DNA of 64,000 nt from positions 7,896 through 71,895 of the forward strand of contig JBHHYZ010000007.1 in the NCBI GenBank assembly GCA_046757845.1, in the 5' to 3' direction. The notes beneath the pieces were generated by a model that was given only the letters and a program-made list of their open reading frames with translations, was not told the DNA's origin and searched no databases. Source of the DNA: Gemmatimonadota bacterium (lineage in GTDB: Bacteria; Gemmatimonadota; Gemmatimonadetes; Palauibacterales; Palauibacteraceae). The translations under genes and the position numbers were made by a program. Below, in pieces: positions 1 to 9,623 of this stretch; the first letter of the stretch is position 1; each line of letters begins with the position of its first letter.

Positions 1-721
1 TCCGCTACCAACTCATCCAGCCGAAGCCATCCGTCCACGGTCGCGCGGAGGCGGCCGGCGTCTTCCGTCAACCACCCGGCTCGCAGGAACGTCTGGAGCG
101 AAGAACCGCTTTCCACGACCCCTCCCGTTCCCCGCCGCCTCTCGGGCGGGCCGAGGCCCCGCCGTGTGCGCGGGCCCAGCCACAGGCGCTCCAGGCGCCC
201 CGTCTCTCCCCGGTGACGCGCTCCCACCCCTCACACGGCATCTGGCCGGCGGCTACCTTCTCCCGATACGCGCTCCACCGGAACACGTTCCACATCCTGT
301 AGGGGGGCAGATAGCTGTGCGCGGACGGACCCACACCAAGATAGGCCGCCCCGTTCCAGTACCGCCAGTTATGCCGGCACTCGAATCCCGGCATCGCGTA
401 GTTCGACACTTCATAGTGAACATACCCCGCCCGGGTCAACACACGCGCCGCCTCGACCGCCGCGAGCGCCTCCTCAGCCCGGTGGATACGGCCCAGCCAC
501 CGGAGCACCCGATCGTCGAACGATTGCACCCCCAGACTCAGGCGAGTCACGCCCACAGCTCGCCACGCCCGGGCCAGCTCGCGCGTCAGAGAGTTGGGAT
601 TGGCCTCGGCCGTCCACTCGATCCCGTCATCGTCCCACCGGAACCAGCGCCGGCTTCCGAGTGCGAGCGACGGAGAAACCGCAGTAATGGCACCTATGAA
701 CGCAGAACGGGACGTGCACAT
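1..721 (-). pseudogene. HemW/HemN-like radical-SAM protein remnant (5' truncated, internal deletion, frameshift; runs off the window edge)
   Basis: ORF 68..721 carries HemW-type blocks (FIG..SPSL, EANP, LSLGVQSF, GRIH). It then jumps straight to the C-terminal AGYxHYEVSNYA / HNWRYW / LGVGPSAHS block. dprA ends at 734, so there is no room for the CxxxCxxC segment. The HemW C-terminal region (ETGRLERLWLGPRTRRGL...LTEDAGRLRATVDGWLRLDELVA) continues in another minus frame from about 206 to position 1. Confidence 0.6.
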
Positions 722-733
722 AGAGGGAACCGC

Positions 734-1876
734 TCACGAGGCGCCCGCTTCCGAGCGGGCCGTCGTTCCCAGTTCGTACCGGCCGCCGGCGAGGGCGGAC
801 ACCCTTCCCTCCATCTCCAGCCGCGCCAACGCGGCCAGCGCCTCACTCGTGCTGAAGCCGCCCACGGCCGTGAGCGAATCCGCCGTAGCCGGGCCGGCCC
901 GGAGCCGCTCGAGCACCCGTCGTCGAGGATCTCCGCGCGGATACGGGTCGTCAGCCGTCTCCTCGGATCCCGCGCCCGCATCCCAACCCAGCTCCCTCAG
1001 CACGTCAGCCGCGCAGGTCGCCAACCCCGCCCCCTCGCGCAGCAGTCGATGAACACCTTCGCTCGCTTCCGGTCCGACCGGACCCGGCACCGCAAAGACT
1101 TGCCGGCCCAGATCCAGCGCGTGCCCCACGGTGATGGACGCCCCGCTCCTTCGCCCCGCCTGCACGACGACCACGGCCTGGGCGAGCGCCGCGATGATGC
1201 GATTCCGCCTGGGGAACAAACCCGCGGATGCGGGCGTGTCCGGCGCGAATTCGCTCACCAGCAGGCCTTCCTCGGCCACTCTCCGGTAGAGCCGATGCTG
1301 GAAGGGCGGATACTCGTGGTTCAACCCGCAGCCGAGTATGCCCAGGGTCCATCCTCCGGCATCCAGAGCCCCCCGATGCGCCGCCGCGTCGATGCCTCGC
1401 GCCATCCCACTTACCACCGCGCAGCCCTGATCGGCCAGTTGCCGGCCCAGATCGCGCGCCATTCGTCTGCCATACTCCGTGGCCTGGCGAGTCCCCACCA
1501 CGGCCACCGTCCGGCCCGGGGGAAGACGGCCCGGCCCGCGCAGGAACAGGAGGGGCGGAGGATGGTGCAGGTGAGTGAGGGATTCCGGATAGCCCGGGCC
1601 GCGATACGTCACCACTTCGATGCCGAGCGCCCGTAGCCCCCTCAAGCGGCGCTCGGAGACCGGCCGAACATCCCGCAGTCTCCCGCGAAGCGCCGCCGCC
1701 CCCTTCGCATCGCCGCCGAACTCCGGACCCGGTTCGCCGCGCCGGAACGCGCACACAGCGGCCGACGCCGAGCCGAACCGGTCCACCAGCCACCGAAATC
1801 GTGCGGCGCCCAGTCCCTTCACCTCCGACAGAGCCAAGGCCGCAAGGATCTCCTCCGTCCCCCGGGGCGGCCTCAT
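734..1876 (-). CDS. dprA: DNA processing protein DprA/Smf
   Basis: 380 aa. N-terminal SAM-like region (LSEVKGLGAARFRWL), Rossmann core with GMARGIDAAAHRGAL, and a C-terminal winged-helix tail. Confidence 0.9.
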   Translation of the reverse strand: MRPPRGTEEILAALALSEVKGLGAARFRWLVDRFGSASAAVCAFRRGEPGPEFGGDAKGAAALRGRLRDVRPVSERRLRGLRALGIEVVTYRGPGYPESLTHLHHPPPLLFLRGPGRLPPGRTVAVVGTRQATEYGRRMARDLGRQLADQGCAVVSGMARGIDAAAHRGALDAGGWTLGILGCGLNHEYPPFQHRLYRRVAEEGLLVSEFAPDTPASAGLFPRRNRIIAALAQAVVVVQAGRRSGASITVGHALDLGRQVFAVPGPVGPEASEGVHRLLREGAGLATCAADVLRELGWDAGAGSEETADDPYPRGDPRRRVLERLRAGPATADSLTAVGGFSTSEALAALARLEMEGRVSALAGGRYELGTTARSEAGAS

Positions 1877-1906
1877 CGCCCGCCTGACGCCCGACTCACC
1901 ACGCCA

Positions 1907-2950
1907 TCACGGCGTCCACGGGCCCAGATCGCCGAACGGGTCGAGTTGACGTTCGCCCCGCTCCCGCCGCCGCTCTTCCTCCACCCTGCCCCACAGCTCC
2001 TCGAGCAGCGGGCCCACCCCTTCGCGCGTCACCGACGAGACGACGAACACGCCCCAGGCGTCCGGCGCCCGCAGGCTCACCCTCTTCGCCGAATCGGGAA
2101 CGAGATCGGCCTTGGACAGGATCACGCAGTGCGGAGCCAGGGCCAGGGCGGGGTCGTGCCCCAGCAGTTCGGCCCGCAGCAGGTCATAGGCGGCCTGAAC
2201 GTCGGACGAGTCGATCGGCACCACAAGCATCAGGGTCCGAGTGCGCTCCACGTGCCGCAGGAACCGCGTCCCCAATCCCTTGCCTTCGTGCGCCCCTTCG
2301 ATGATCCCGGGGATGTCCGCGAGCACGAACGAACGGGAGTCGGACAGTCGAACCACTCCCAGCTGCGGGGCCACGGTGGTGAAGGGATACGGCGCAACCT
2401 TGGGCCGAGCCGCCGAAACAGTGGCTAAAAAGGTCGACTTCCCCGCGTTCGGCTCGCCCACCAATCCCACATCGGCGATCAGCTTAAGCTCCAGCTGGAT
2501 CCTTCTCTCCTCCCCCCACTCCCCCGGCTCCCACTCCCGCGGAACCTGGTGCGTGGCCGTGGCGAACGCGGCATTGCCCCTTCCGCCCCGGCCTCCTCTC
2601 GCCACCACCAGCTCCTCCCCCTCTCGAAGCACCTCGCCCACGCGAACCCCGGTCTCCGCATCGCTCACCACGGTCCCCAGCGGTACCGGCAGCACCAGTC
2701 GCTCTCCGTCGGCGCCGCGGCGATTGGATCCCTCTCCGTGCCCGGCTCTTCCGGCCCGGTAGTGCTCCCGGTAACTGTAGTCGAGCAGCGTGGCCAGGTT
2801 GGGATCTCCCCGCAGGACCACGTCCCCGCCCGTCCCCCCGTCTCCACCGCTGGGACCTCCGCGGGGCACGCCCTTCTCCCGCCGAAACGCCACCGCGCCG
2901 GCGCCTCCGGCCCCTCCGGTCACACGTATGAGTGCGTGATCTATAAACAT
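1907..2950 (-). CDS. obg: GTPase Obg/CgtA
   Basis: 347 aa. N-terminus MFIDHALIRVTGGAGGAGAVAFRREKGVPRGGPSGGDGGTGGDV is the Gly-rich Obg fold. G1 motif GEPNAGKST and DIPGIIEGA are present. Confidence 0.95.
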   Translation of the reverse strand: MFIDHALIRVTGGAGGAGAVAFRREKGVPRGGPSGGDGGTGGDVVLRGDPNLATLLDYSYREHYRAGRAGHGEGSNRRGADGERLVLPVPLGTVVSDAETGVRVGEVLREGEELVVARGGRGGRGNAAFATATHQVPREWEPGEWGEERRIQLELKLIADVGLVGEPNAGKSTFLATVSAARPKVAPYPFTTVAPQLGVVRLSDSRSFVLADIPGIIEGAHEGKGLGTRFLRHVERTRTLMLVVPIDSSDVQAAYDLLRAELLGHDPALALAPHCVILSKADLVPDSAKRVSLRAPDAWGVFVVSSVTREGVGPLLEELWGRVEEERRRERGERQLDPFGDLGPWTP

Positions 2951-2984
2951 ATAACGCGAGTACTGTTACAACGTTTGTATAATG

Positions 2985-3698
2985 TCACGCTTTAGATTCT
3001 CCGGAGCCATCGCCGACCGACCGGTGACGAGCCCGGACCCGTTCCCATTCCCTTCGTACCATCTTTCGCCTCTCTTCGTCCCGCACGGAACGAAGCCCGA
3101 TCGCTACGGCTTCGGACACCTCCTCCGGAGTGGCCCCGACATTCAGCGACCCCCGCAGATGGGAATGGAGCTGAGGCTCCCGGCCGGTCCCCGACAGGAG
3201 CGAGACGATGCACAGCTCCCGAGTCTTCTGGTCCAGCCCCGGCCGGCCCAGAACCTTGCCGTAGCCCTCTTCCACCATCCAGCGGTCCAGCTCCGGGTGC
3301 AACCGGCGAACATTGCGCCGGAGCTTTTCGTAGCTGTCACCGTACACCCGGCGGCATACCTCTTCCCCCCGCCGGCTCCAGGTCTCGTACTCGGCCCCCG
3401 GCTCAACGTCCGCCGCCGGAGAATGTCCACATACCTCCCGCCACACGCCCATGGCCACGAGCACCTCCGGGAACCCGAGAAACAGGTAGGCCTGCAACAG
3501 AGCCTCCTCGATCTTCGGCGCCGGAACCGCAGCCACTGCTCCCTCGAGCTCCTCCCGGATCTGATTCAGCGACCCCCCGGCCAGGGCGGCCGAAAGCCGA
3601 ACGAGCGACGCCGCCTCGGAATCCAGAGCCCGGGCAGAGCCCGACGCTTCCCCCGGCCTCCGCGTCACGACGCTGCGGCGCCGCTCCGGACTCCGCAT
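2985..3698 (-). CDS. carboxymuconolactone decarboxylase (AhpD-like) family protein
   Basis: The tail of ORF 2985..4229 has a CMD-type helix pattern (TRELCIVSLLSGTGREPQLHSHLRGSLNVGATPEEVSEAVAI). The upstream 177 aa are Arg/Gly-rich shadow. ATG at 3698 is preceded by GGAG. An alternative GTG at 3668 overlaps the upstream stop as GTGA. Confidence 0.7.
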   Translation of the reverse strand: MRSPERRRSVVTRRPGEASGSARALDSEAASLVRLSAALAGGSLNQIREELEGAVAAVPAPKIEEALLQAYLFLGFPEVLVAMGVWREVCGHSPAADVEPGAEYETWSRRGEEVCRRVYGDSYEKLRRNVRRLHPELDRWMVEEGYGKVLGRPGLDQKTRELCIVSLLSGTGREPQLHSHLRGSLNVGATPEEVSEAVAIGLRSVRDEERRKMVRREWERVRARHRSVGDGSGESKA

Positions 3699-4678
3699 CG
3701 GCTCTCCACCACCACGCGGCCCACGCGCCGGCTCCGCGTGTTGAGGATCTCCGTTGACCGGAACTCCGCGAGCTCCGCCAGCTCCCCCGCCGTGAGGAGC
3801 CCCAGCGAATCGAGCATCTCCAGCAGAGCCGGACCGACAGCGCGCGTGGCCCCATCGCTCACCTTGAGAGCCGCCCCCCACCCTTCCGAGAGCGAGGCCA
3901 CGCAGAACACTCCTTCGGCTCCGTTCTTGCCAAGCAGGCGCCCTCCGGTCGCTTCCATGACCCGGGTGGCCAGGCGACCCGGTCCCGCCACAAGTTCCGG
4001 GAACGACGTCATCGCTTCGACAACCGACCGAGCCGCCGCGCGATCCGAGGAGCCCAGAAGGGCATAGGCGCGCGCCATCCGGCGCACGGACAGATACGGG
4101 GTCGGGACCCCGCAGCCGTCGGTGGCCCAGGGCAGCGAGTCCGGCTCCACGTCCAGCCACATCGCCAGCTCCCGCCGGATTCGGCTCTGCACCGCGTGCG
4201 GGAACTCGGCGTAGGACTCCACCGGCCACCCGTGGTGCAGGGACAGCGCCAGCATTCCCACGTGCTTCCCGGAGCAGTTGTTATGCAGGCGACCGGGCGC
4301 GGCACCCCGGCATTCGAGCGCCCGGGCCGCTTGCTCGTCATACGGCCGGTGCGGGCCGCACATCAGGGCTTCCTCGGTCAGGCCCAGGCTCCGAAGCATG
4401 GCCGCGGCGCGGCTCACGTGCCGGTCCGATCCGACATGCGACGCGCAGCAGAGCGCGAGATCGGCCGGCTCCCAGCCACAGGCGACAATGGCTCCATCCT
4501 CGACCAGCGGCAGGGCCTGGAACGGTTTCATCGCGGAACGCCAGTAAGCCGGTCGGTCGGGCTCTCCGAACGGCGCCTCCTGGCCCGAGTCCACATCGAC
4601 GACGACCCCGTGGACCCGGTGCAGCGACTCACACTCCGATCCGCGCATCACCCGCACCGGAATACCGTTCGCGCTCAC
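3665..4678 (-). CDS. asparaginase II-like family protein (PF06089-type)
   Basis: Contains VRVMRGSECESLH at the N-terminus, the NNCSGKHVGMLA hallmark, and DGCGVPT. Start assigned to GTG 4678, which overlaps the upstream TGA stop as GTGA. The upstream 166 aa of ORF 3665..5176 are shadow. Confidence 0.8.
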   Translation of the reverse strand: MSANGIPVRVMRGSECESLHRVHGVVVDVDSGQEAPFGEPDRPAYWRSAMKPFQALPLVEDGAIVACGWEPADLALCCASHVGSDRHVSRAAAMLRSLGLTEEALMCGPHRPYDEQAARALECRGAAPGRLHNNCSGKHVGMLALSLHHGWPVESYAEFPHAVQSRIRRELAMWLDVEPDSLPWATDGCGVPTPYLSVRRMARAYALLGSSDRAAARSVVEAMTSFPELVAGPGRLATRVMEATGGRLLGKNGAEGVFCVASLSEGWGAALKVSDGATRAVGPALLEMLDSLGLLTAGELAELAEFRSTEILNTRSRRVGRVVVESRCGVRSGAAAS

Positions 4679-5340
4679 CCACCCCCCAGCAGTTCGTCCA
4701 ACGCTCTGGCCGTCGAGCTCATGGGAGTCGCATCCCCTCTCAGACGCTCGAGCGACCGCGGCTCGTCCACATCGTACCAGGAAGCCAGGCGAATCGGCTC
4801 CAGGCCGATCTCCCTGGCCCGTGTACAGGTCGCCTCGAATACCCGGCCCGTGGACCATGGGATCTCTCGGAACAGGGTCCCGGCCGCCGGCCAGGCGCGG
4901 CGATGCAGCGCGAGCGCATAGTAGCCCCCGTCCTCCGTCGGACCGAGGGCCAGCAGCCCATCGTCCAGCGCATCCAGGGCGCTGGCGAGGTAGCCCGGCG
5001 GAAGAGTGGGATGATCGCTTCCCACGACCAGGGCTCGCTCGCTCCCTTCTTCGAACGCTTTCCGGAAGGCGCCGCGGAGTCGGTCTCCGAGCTCGCCGGG
5101 ATCCTGCCAGCGCAGTCCCACATCGGGATACCGGGCGCGGACCGCACCGGCGGCGCGTGGGTGGGGCTCCATCCACAGCTCCACCTCGACGCGGGGGACC
5201 CTCAGGGCAGCCTCCACCGTGTCGTCCAGAAACGCCTGGTAGAGACGGGCCGCCCCTTCCAGGCCCAGGCGGGGCTGCAGACGTGTCTTGGTTCGGCCCG
5301 CCTCCGGAAGCTTGGCGAAGATCAGAAGGCGGCGACGCAC
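4675..5340 (-). CDS. DUF2064 / TIGR04282-type nucleotidyl/glycosyl-transferase-like protein
   Basis: 221 aa. The N-terminus RRLLIFAKLPEAGRTKTRLQPRLG, then GSDHPTLP and DGGYYALAL, are typical of this family. Confidence 0.75.
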   Translation of the reverse strand: MRRRLLIFAKLPEAGRTKTRLQPRLGLEGAARLYQAFLDDTVEAALRVPRVEVELWMEPHPRAAGAVRARYPDVGLRWQDPGELGDRLRGAFRKAFEEGSERALVVGSDHPTLPPGYLASALDALDDGLLALGPTEDGGYYALALHRRAWPAAGTLFREIPWSTGRVFEATCTRAREIGLEPIRLASWYDVDEPRSLERLRGDATPMSSTARALDELLGGG

Positions 5341-5359
5341 CGCGGATTCGCTCGAGGGG

Positions 5360-5794
5360 TCAGCCGGCGGGAGTATGGCCGTCCTTGGTCGTCACCTGGA
5401 TCACGCCTCCGCTGGCCTCGGGGCGCCGCAGGCGCGGGCCCACCTCACTCGCGTAGATCAACTCTATGACCGCGATATTGCGAGTGGGGATGAGCCGCAA
5501 TACCGTCGTGGGGCTGCCCAGGTAGTAGTCTCCGTTCACCACGATGAGCGGCAGGCTGTACCGTTTGTTCTCGCCGTCCAGATTGGCCCCCCCGCGGAAA
5601 GCGATTTCGCCTTCCTGAATCAGCAACCGGCGGTGATGCGCCAGGACGTCGAAGGCGGTCTTGTACCGCACCCCTTCCAGATCCGCGGAGGTGATGTACA
5701 GCGAGTTGAACGGGTCCGGGCCCCGGCGCGCGGTAGCGCACCCGGTGGCCAGCGGGACCAGTATCAGAAGTCCGTTGCGTAACAAGCGTCGCAT
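5360..5794 (-). CDS. hypothetical lipoprotein
   Basis: 144 aa with a lipobox (LVPLATGC). The C-terminal GGVIQVTTK resembles the end of TonB-plug-like domains. No firm family assignment. Confidence 0.55.
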   Translation of the reverse strand: MRRLLRNGLLILVPLATGCATARRGPDPFNSLYITSADLEGVRYKTAFDVLAHHRRLLIQEGEIAFRGGANLDGENKRYSLPLIVVNGDYYLGSPTTVLRLIPTRNIAVIELIYASEVGPRLRRPEASGGVIQVTTKDGHTPAG

Positions 5795-5870
5795 GATTCC
5801 ACCCCCGTCCTTTCGCCGTCTTCCTCAGCAGCGATTCCTACCGCGACCGGGGAGGATCCGGACGAGGCGG

Positions 5871-7526
5871 CTACTGATTCGGCTCCTGGCGTTCCGCTCC
5901 CTGTTCGCTTCCTTGCGCTTCCGCCAGGGCGAGAGAGAACAGTCCCTCCGTGCTGCCGGCCTTCCGCAGCAGCCGAACGGCATCGTCGACCTGCGAATCG
6001 CGCCGCAGCCTCAACTCCTGCCGCGCCGTCTCTCCAAACGCTGCGTTGGCGATCTCCACACCCAGCAGCCAATCCACATATCCTCGGGAGTCGTCGTACA
6101 GCGACCGGTCCACGCCGGCGTGCCGCTCCTGAAGGTACTTGAAGAAACCTCGCCGCATGTCATCATCCACCTGGAAGCCCCGGGGGATGTCGGGATGCTC
6201 CGCCGTCCAGCCCGCGCTGAACTCCAGCGCCGCGTTGAACAGCGACACGCCGGCCTTCACGGCGGTCGAACGGAACAGTTGCTCGCGCGTGGTGAGCGTG
6301 TCCGGAAGCACGATGAGGTCCGGCGTGATCCCTCCTCCTCCGTAGACCACCCGGCCGCCGTCGGTCCGGAAGGTGGTCCGCTTCGTGGTGTCCACGGCGC
6401 TGGCCACGGGTGCCCCATCCATCGAGATCGCCTCGGCGACCAGCCGCGACGCGTCGTCGGCGGAATGGTCCTTCTGGATGGAGCGACCGCTGGGCGTGTA
6501 CCACTTGGCCGTGGTGATCTTCAGGTGGTTGCCGCCCGACAGGCCGTACAGCGTCTGGACCGAGCCCTTTCCGTAGGTCGTCGTTCCCAGAATCAGCGCC
6601 CGGTCGTGATCCTGAAGTGCCCCGGCCACGATCTCCGAGGCGCTGGCGCTGAAGCCGTTCACCAGGACGACCAGTGGAAGATCCGGATACGCCTCCTGTT
6701 CGGGAGCCCGGTAGATATGCGTCTGATCCGGCAGCCGGGACTTCGTGGCCACCACTTCGCCCCCTTTGGGTAGGAAGAGATTGGACACCGCGATCCCTTC
6801 CTCCAGAAGTCCGCCGGGATTGACGCGGAGGTCGAACACGACCGATTGGGCCCCCTGTTGCAGGAGACCGTCGATCGCCGCTTTCACCTCGTCCCTGGCC
6901 TCCTCGCTGAACGTGTTCAGCTTCACGTAGCCGATCTGGTCGTCCAGCATGAACGACTGCACGGCCACGACGTGGATCTCGTCGCGCTCGATCCGGAAGC
7001 TCAGCGGCCGGTCCAGTCCGACCCGCGCCACGGCGATCGAGACTTCGCTGCCCTTGGGGCCACGCAGCACCCGGACGGCCTCCTCCGTGGTCCAGTTCTC
7101 GGCGGACGCCCCATCCACCTCGACGATCCGGTCTCCGGTGTGAATATCGTGGCGCTCGGCCGGAGTGCCCGGCAACACGCTGACCACCGTGATCCAGCCG
7201 TTGTTGGACTCGATTCGGATCCCGAGACCCCCGTAGTTGCCGGTGGTGCTCAGACGGAGATCGTCCCAGGCTCGCCGATCCAGGAAGGTGGTGTACGGAT
7301 CGCCGAGCTCCTTGAGCATCCCCGTGATCGCCATCTCGTACAACTTGGAGGGATCGACCTCGTCGACGAATCGATCCGCGACGAGATGATGGACTTCCTC
7401 CAGAAGCCGGGCGTTCGCGTAGACATCGCTACCCGTTCCCACGCTTCGCTGAAGAAGCCAGCCTCCGCTGACCATGGAGACCACACCCACGATGACCGCG
7501 GGCACCCACGATCGCTGGAACTTCAT
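5871..7526 (-). CDS. S41 family C-terminal processing (tail-specific) peptidase
   Basis: 551 aa. N-terminal TM anchor, PDZ segment (GLGIRIESNNGWITVVSVLPGTPAERHDIHTGDRIVEVDG), and S41 core (VVLVNGFSASASEIVAGALQDHDRALILGTTTYGKGSVQ). Confidence 0.9.
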   Translation of the reverse strand: MKFQRSWVPAVIVGVVSMVSGGWLLQRSVGTGSDVYANARLLEEVHHLVADRFVDEVDPSKLYEMAITGMLKELGDPYTTFLDRRAWDDLRLSTTGNYGGLGIRIESNNGWITVVSVLPGTPAERHDIHTGDRIVEVDGASAENWTTEEAVRVLRGPKGSEVSIAVARVGLDRPLSFRIERDEIHVVAVQSFMLDDQIGYVKLNTFSEEARDEVKAAIDGLLQQGAQSVVFDLRVNPGGLLEEGIAVSNLFLPKGGEVVATKSRLPDQTHIYRAPEQEAYPDLPLVVLVNGFSASASEIVAGALQDHDRALILGTTTYGKGSVQTLYGLSGGNHLKITTAKWYTPSGRSIQKDHSADDASRLVAEAISMDGAPVASAVDTTKRTTFRTDGGRVVYGGGGITPDLIVLPDTLTTREQLFRSTAVKAGVSLFNAALEFSAGWTAEHPDIPRGFQVDDDMRRGFFKYLQERHAGVDRSLYDDSRGYVDWLLGVEIANAAFGETARQELRLRRDSQVDDAVRLLRKAGSTEGLFSLALAEAQGSEQGAERQEPNQ

Positions 7527-7569
7527 GCGCCCTCCCTGTCAGCTCTGTGCGAGTCGGTGTTATCGAAAG

Positions 7570-8232
7570 CTACTCGCATCGGTAACCCGATTCCAGGTCG
7601 AAAGTTTCCGGCCAGCGGCGAGCCAGCTCTTGCAGGATGCGTTCCTGGACATCCGGCACGGCGAGATCGCCATCCACGGTGATGATTCCCGGAACTCGTT
7701 CCGCCAGCTCACGATACGCCGCCGCCACACGGAGAAAAAACTCGTCCGGCTCTCGCTCGATCCGGTCCGCCGCTCCCCGCTTGCGCCGCCGGCCCGCCTC
7801 CGGCTCCACGGCCAACAGGATCACGGCATCGGGCTCCAGGCCGCCGGTGGCGAAGGCGTTCAGCCGGCGCACCGTATCCAGGCCCAGGCCCCTCGCAATC
7901 CCCTGGTACGCGAAGGTGGAGAGTTCGTACCGATCCGCCAGGACGACTTCTCCCCGCGCCAGCGCCGGCCGCACCAATCGGCGAACGAACTCGGCTCTGG
8001 CCGCGAGCATCAGGAGCAGCTCCGCCTCGGCGCAGATGTCCAACACCGGATCGAGGACCACGCGGCGGATGCGCTCGCCCGCTGGCGTGCCGCCCGGCTC
8101 CCGAACCACACAGTGGGGAATCCCTTTCCGCCGCAGCCGCTCGGCCAGCAGTCGAAGGTGGGTGGACTTGCCCGCCCCTTCGACTCCTTCGAACACGATG
8201 AACAGACCCGTCGAATCCGAATCCCCGTTCAC
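7570..8232 (-). CDS. tmk: thymidylate kinase
   Basis: 220 aa. P-loop FIVFEGVEGAGKST and a DRY-type motif (LADRYELSTFAYQG). Confidence 0.9.
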   Translation of the reverse strand: MNGDSDSTGLFIVFEGVEGAGKSTHLRLLAERLRRKGIPHCVVREPGGTPAGERIRRVVLDPVLDICAEAELLLMLAARAEFVRRLVRPALARGEVVLADRYELSTFAYQGIARGLGLDTVRRLNAFATGGLEPDAVILLAVEPEAGRRRKRGAADRIEREPDEFFLRVAAAYRELAERVPGIITVDGDLAVPDVQERILQELARRWPETFDLESGYRCE

Positions 8233-8306
8233 TCGATCCTCAGGCGCTCGAGCTTCCGACGGGCACCGCGACCCGGGCGGGGCGGCGATCTCCGAGCCGG
8301 CACGGT

Positions 8307-9623
8307 TCAGTCGTAGTACTCCAACCCGAGGTGGGTGATCTGCTCCTCACCCATCAGCCACCGCAGCGTGTTCTTCAGCTTCCAGTGTTGGATGAACAGA
8401 TCGTGCTCGGGATACAGATCCGGCGCCACCTGGGGGCTCTTGAAGTAGAACGACAGCCACTCCTGGATCCCCGACAGTCCGGCGCGCCGGGCGAGATCGA
8501 GAAACAGCACGAGGTCCAACACGATGGGTGCGGCCAGGATGGAGTCCTTGCACAGGAAATCCACCTTGATCTGCATCGGGTAGCCCAGCCACCCGAACAA
8601 GTCGATGTTGTCCCAGCCTTCCTTGTCGTCTCCCCTCGGCGGATAGTAGTTGATCCGTACCTTGTGGTAATAGTCTCCGTACAGCTCGGGATACATCTCG
8701 GGCTGGAGGATGTAGTCGAGCACGCCGAGCTTGGATTCTTCCTTGGTCTTGAAGCTCTCCGGGTCATCCAGCACGGCACCGTCCCGGTTGCCCAGGATGT
8801 TGGTGGAGAACCAGCCGTTCAGTCCCAGCATGCGCGCCTTCAGGCCCGGGGCGATGATCGTCTTCATCAGCGTCTGACCGGTCTTGAAGTCCTTCCCGGC
8901 GATCGGCAGTCCCCGCTGCTGGGCCAGGCCGGTCAACGCCGGTATGTCCACGGTGAGATTCGGCGCGCCGTTGGCGAACGGGACGCCCTCGCCGAGGGCG
9001 GCGTACGCGTAGATCATGGACGGCGCGATGGCCTCGTGGCTACTCTCGAGGGCGTCTTCGAACGCTTCCAAGGTCTCGTGCACCGCGTGCTGTCGCAGGA
9101 AGATCTCCGTGGAGGCACACCAGATCATCACCAGCCGGTCACAGCCGTGCTCCCGCTTGAAGCGACGGATGTCCTCGCGGACCTGGTCGGCCAGCTCTCG
9201 CTTGTTCGCACCCACTTTGACGTTGGGACCATCCAGCTTCTTCACGTAGCCGGGATCGAACACTGCCGGCATGGGTCGGATGGAGCTCAGGAACTCCCGC
9301 GATGGCTCCACGTCGGACTCCGACAGGACTCCGGCCACCCGGGCCGAACGGTAGGCATCATCGGAGATCGGATCCCAGGCTCCGAACACCAGGCTGTCCA
9401 GATCGGCCAACGGGACGAACTCCCGCACCCGCGGCGTACGCCCGTCGGTCCGTTGTCCCAGGCGAATCGTGTTCATCTGAGTGAGCGAGCCGAACGGGGT
9501 CGCGCGTCCGCGGCGGACCGCCTCCACTCCGGCGATGAACGTGGTGGAGACCGCCCCCAGGCCTACCAGCAGGACCCCGAGCCGGCCCTCCGCGGGCTGG
9601 ATTTGATTCTTCGTTTCACTCAC
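8307..9623 (-). CDS. ino1: myo-inositol-1-phosphate (inositol-3-phosphate) synthase
   Basis: 438 aa. Rossmann N-terminus GVLLVGLGAVSTT, then NILGNRDG and the SYFFKSP tail typical of MIPS. Confidence 0.88.
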   Translation of the reverse strand: MSETKNQIQPAEGRLGVLLVGLGAVSTTFIAGVEAVRRGRATPFGSLTQMNTIRLGQRTDGRTPRVREFVPLADLDSLVFGAWDPISDDAYRSARVAGVLSESDVEPSREFLSSIRPMPAVFDPGYVKKLDGPNVKVGANKRELADQVREDIRRFKREHGCDRLVMIWCASTEIFLRQHAVHETLEAFEDALESSHEAIAPSMIYAYAALGEGVPFANGAPNLTVDIPALTGLAQQRGLPIAGKDFKTGQTLMKTIIAPGLKARMLGLNGWFSTNILGNRDGAVLDDPESFKTKEESKLGVLDYILQPEMYPELYGDYYHKVRINYYPPRGDDKEGWDNIDLFGWLGYPMQIKVDFLCKDSILAAPIVLDLVLFLDLARRAGLSGIQEWLSFYFKSPQVAPDLYPEHDLFIQHWKLKNTLRWLMGEEQITHLGLEYYD

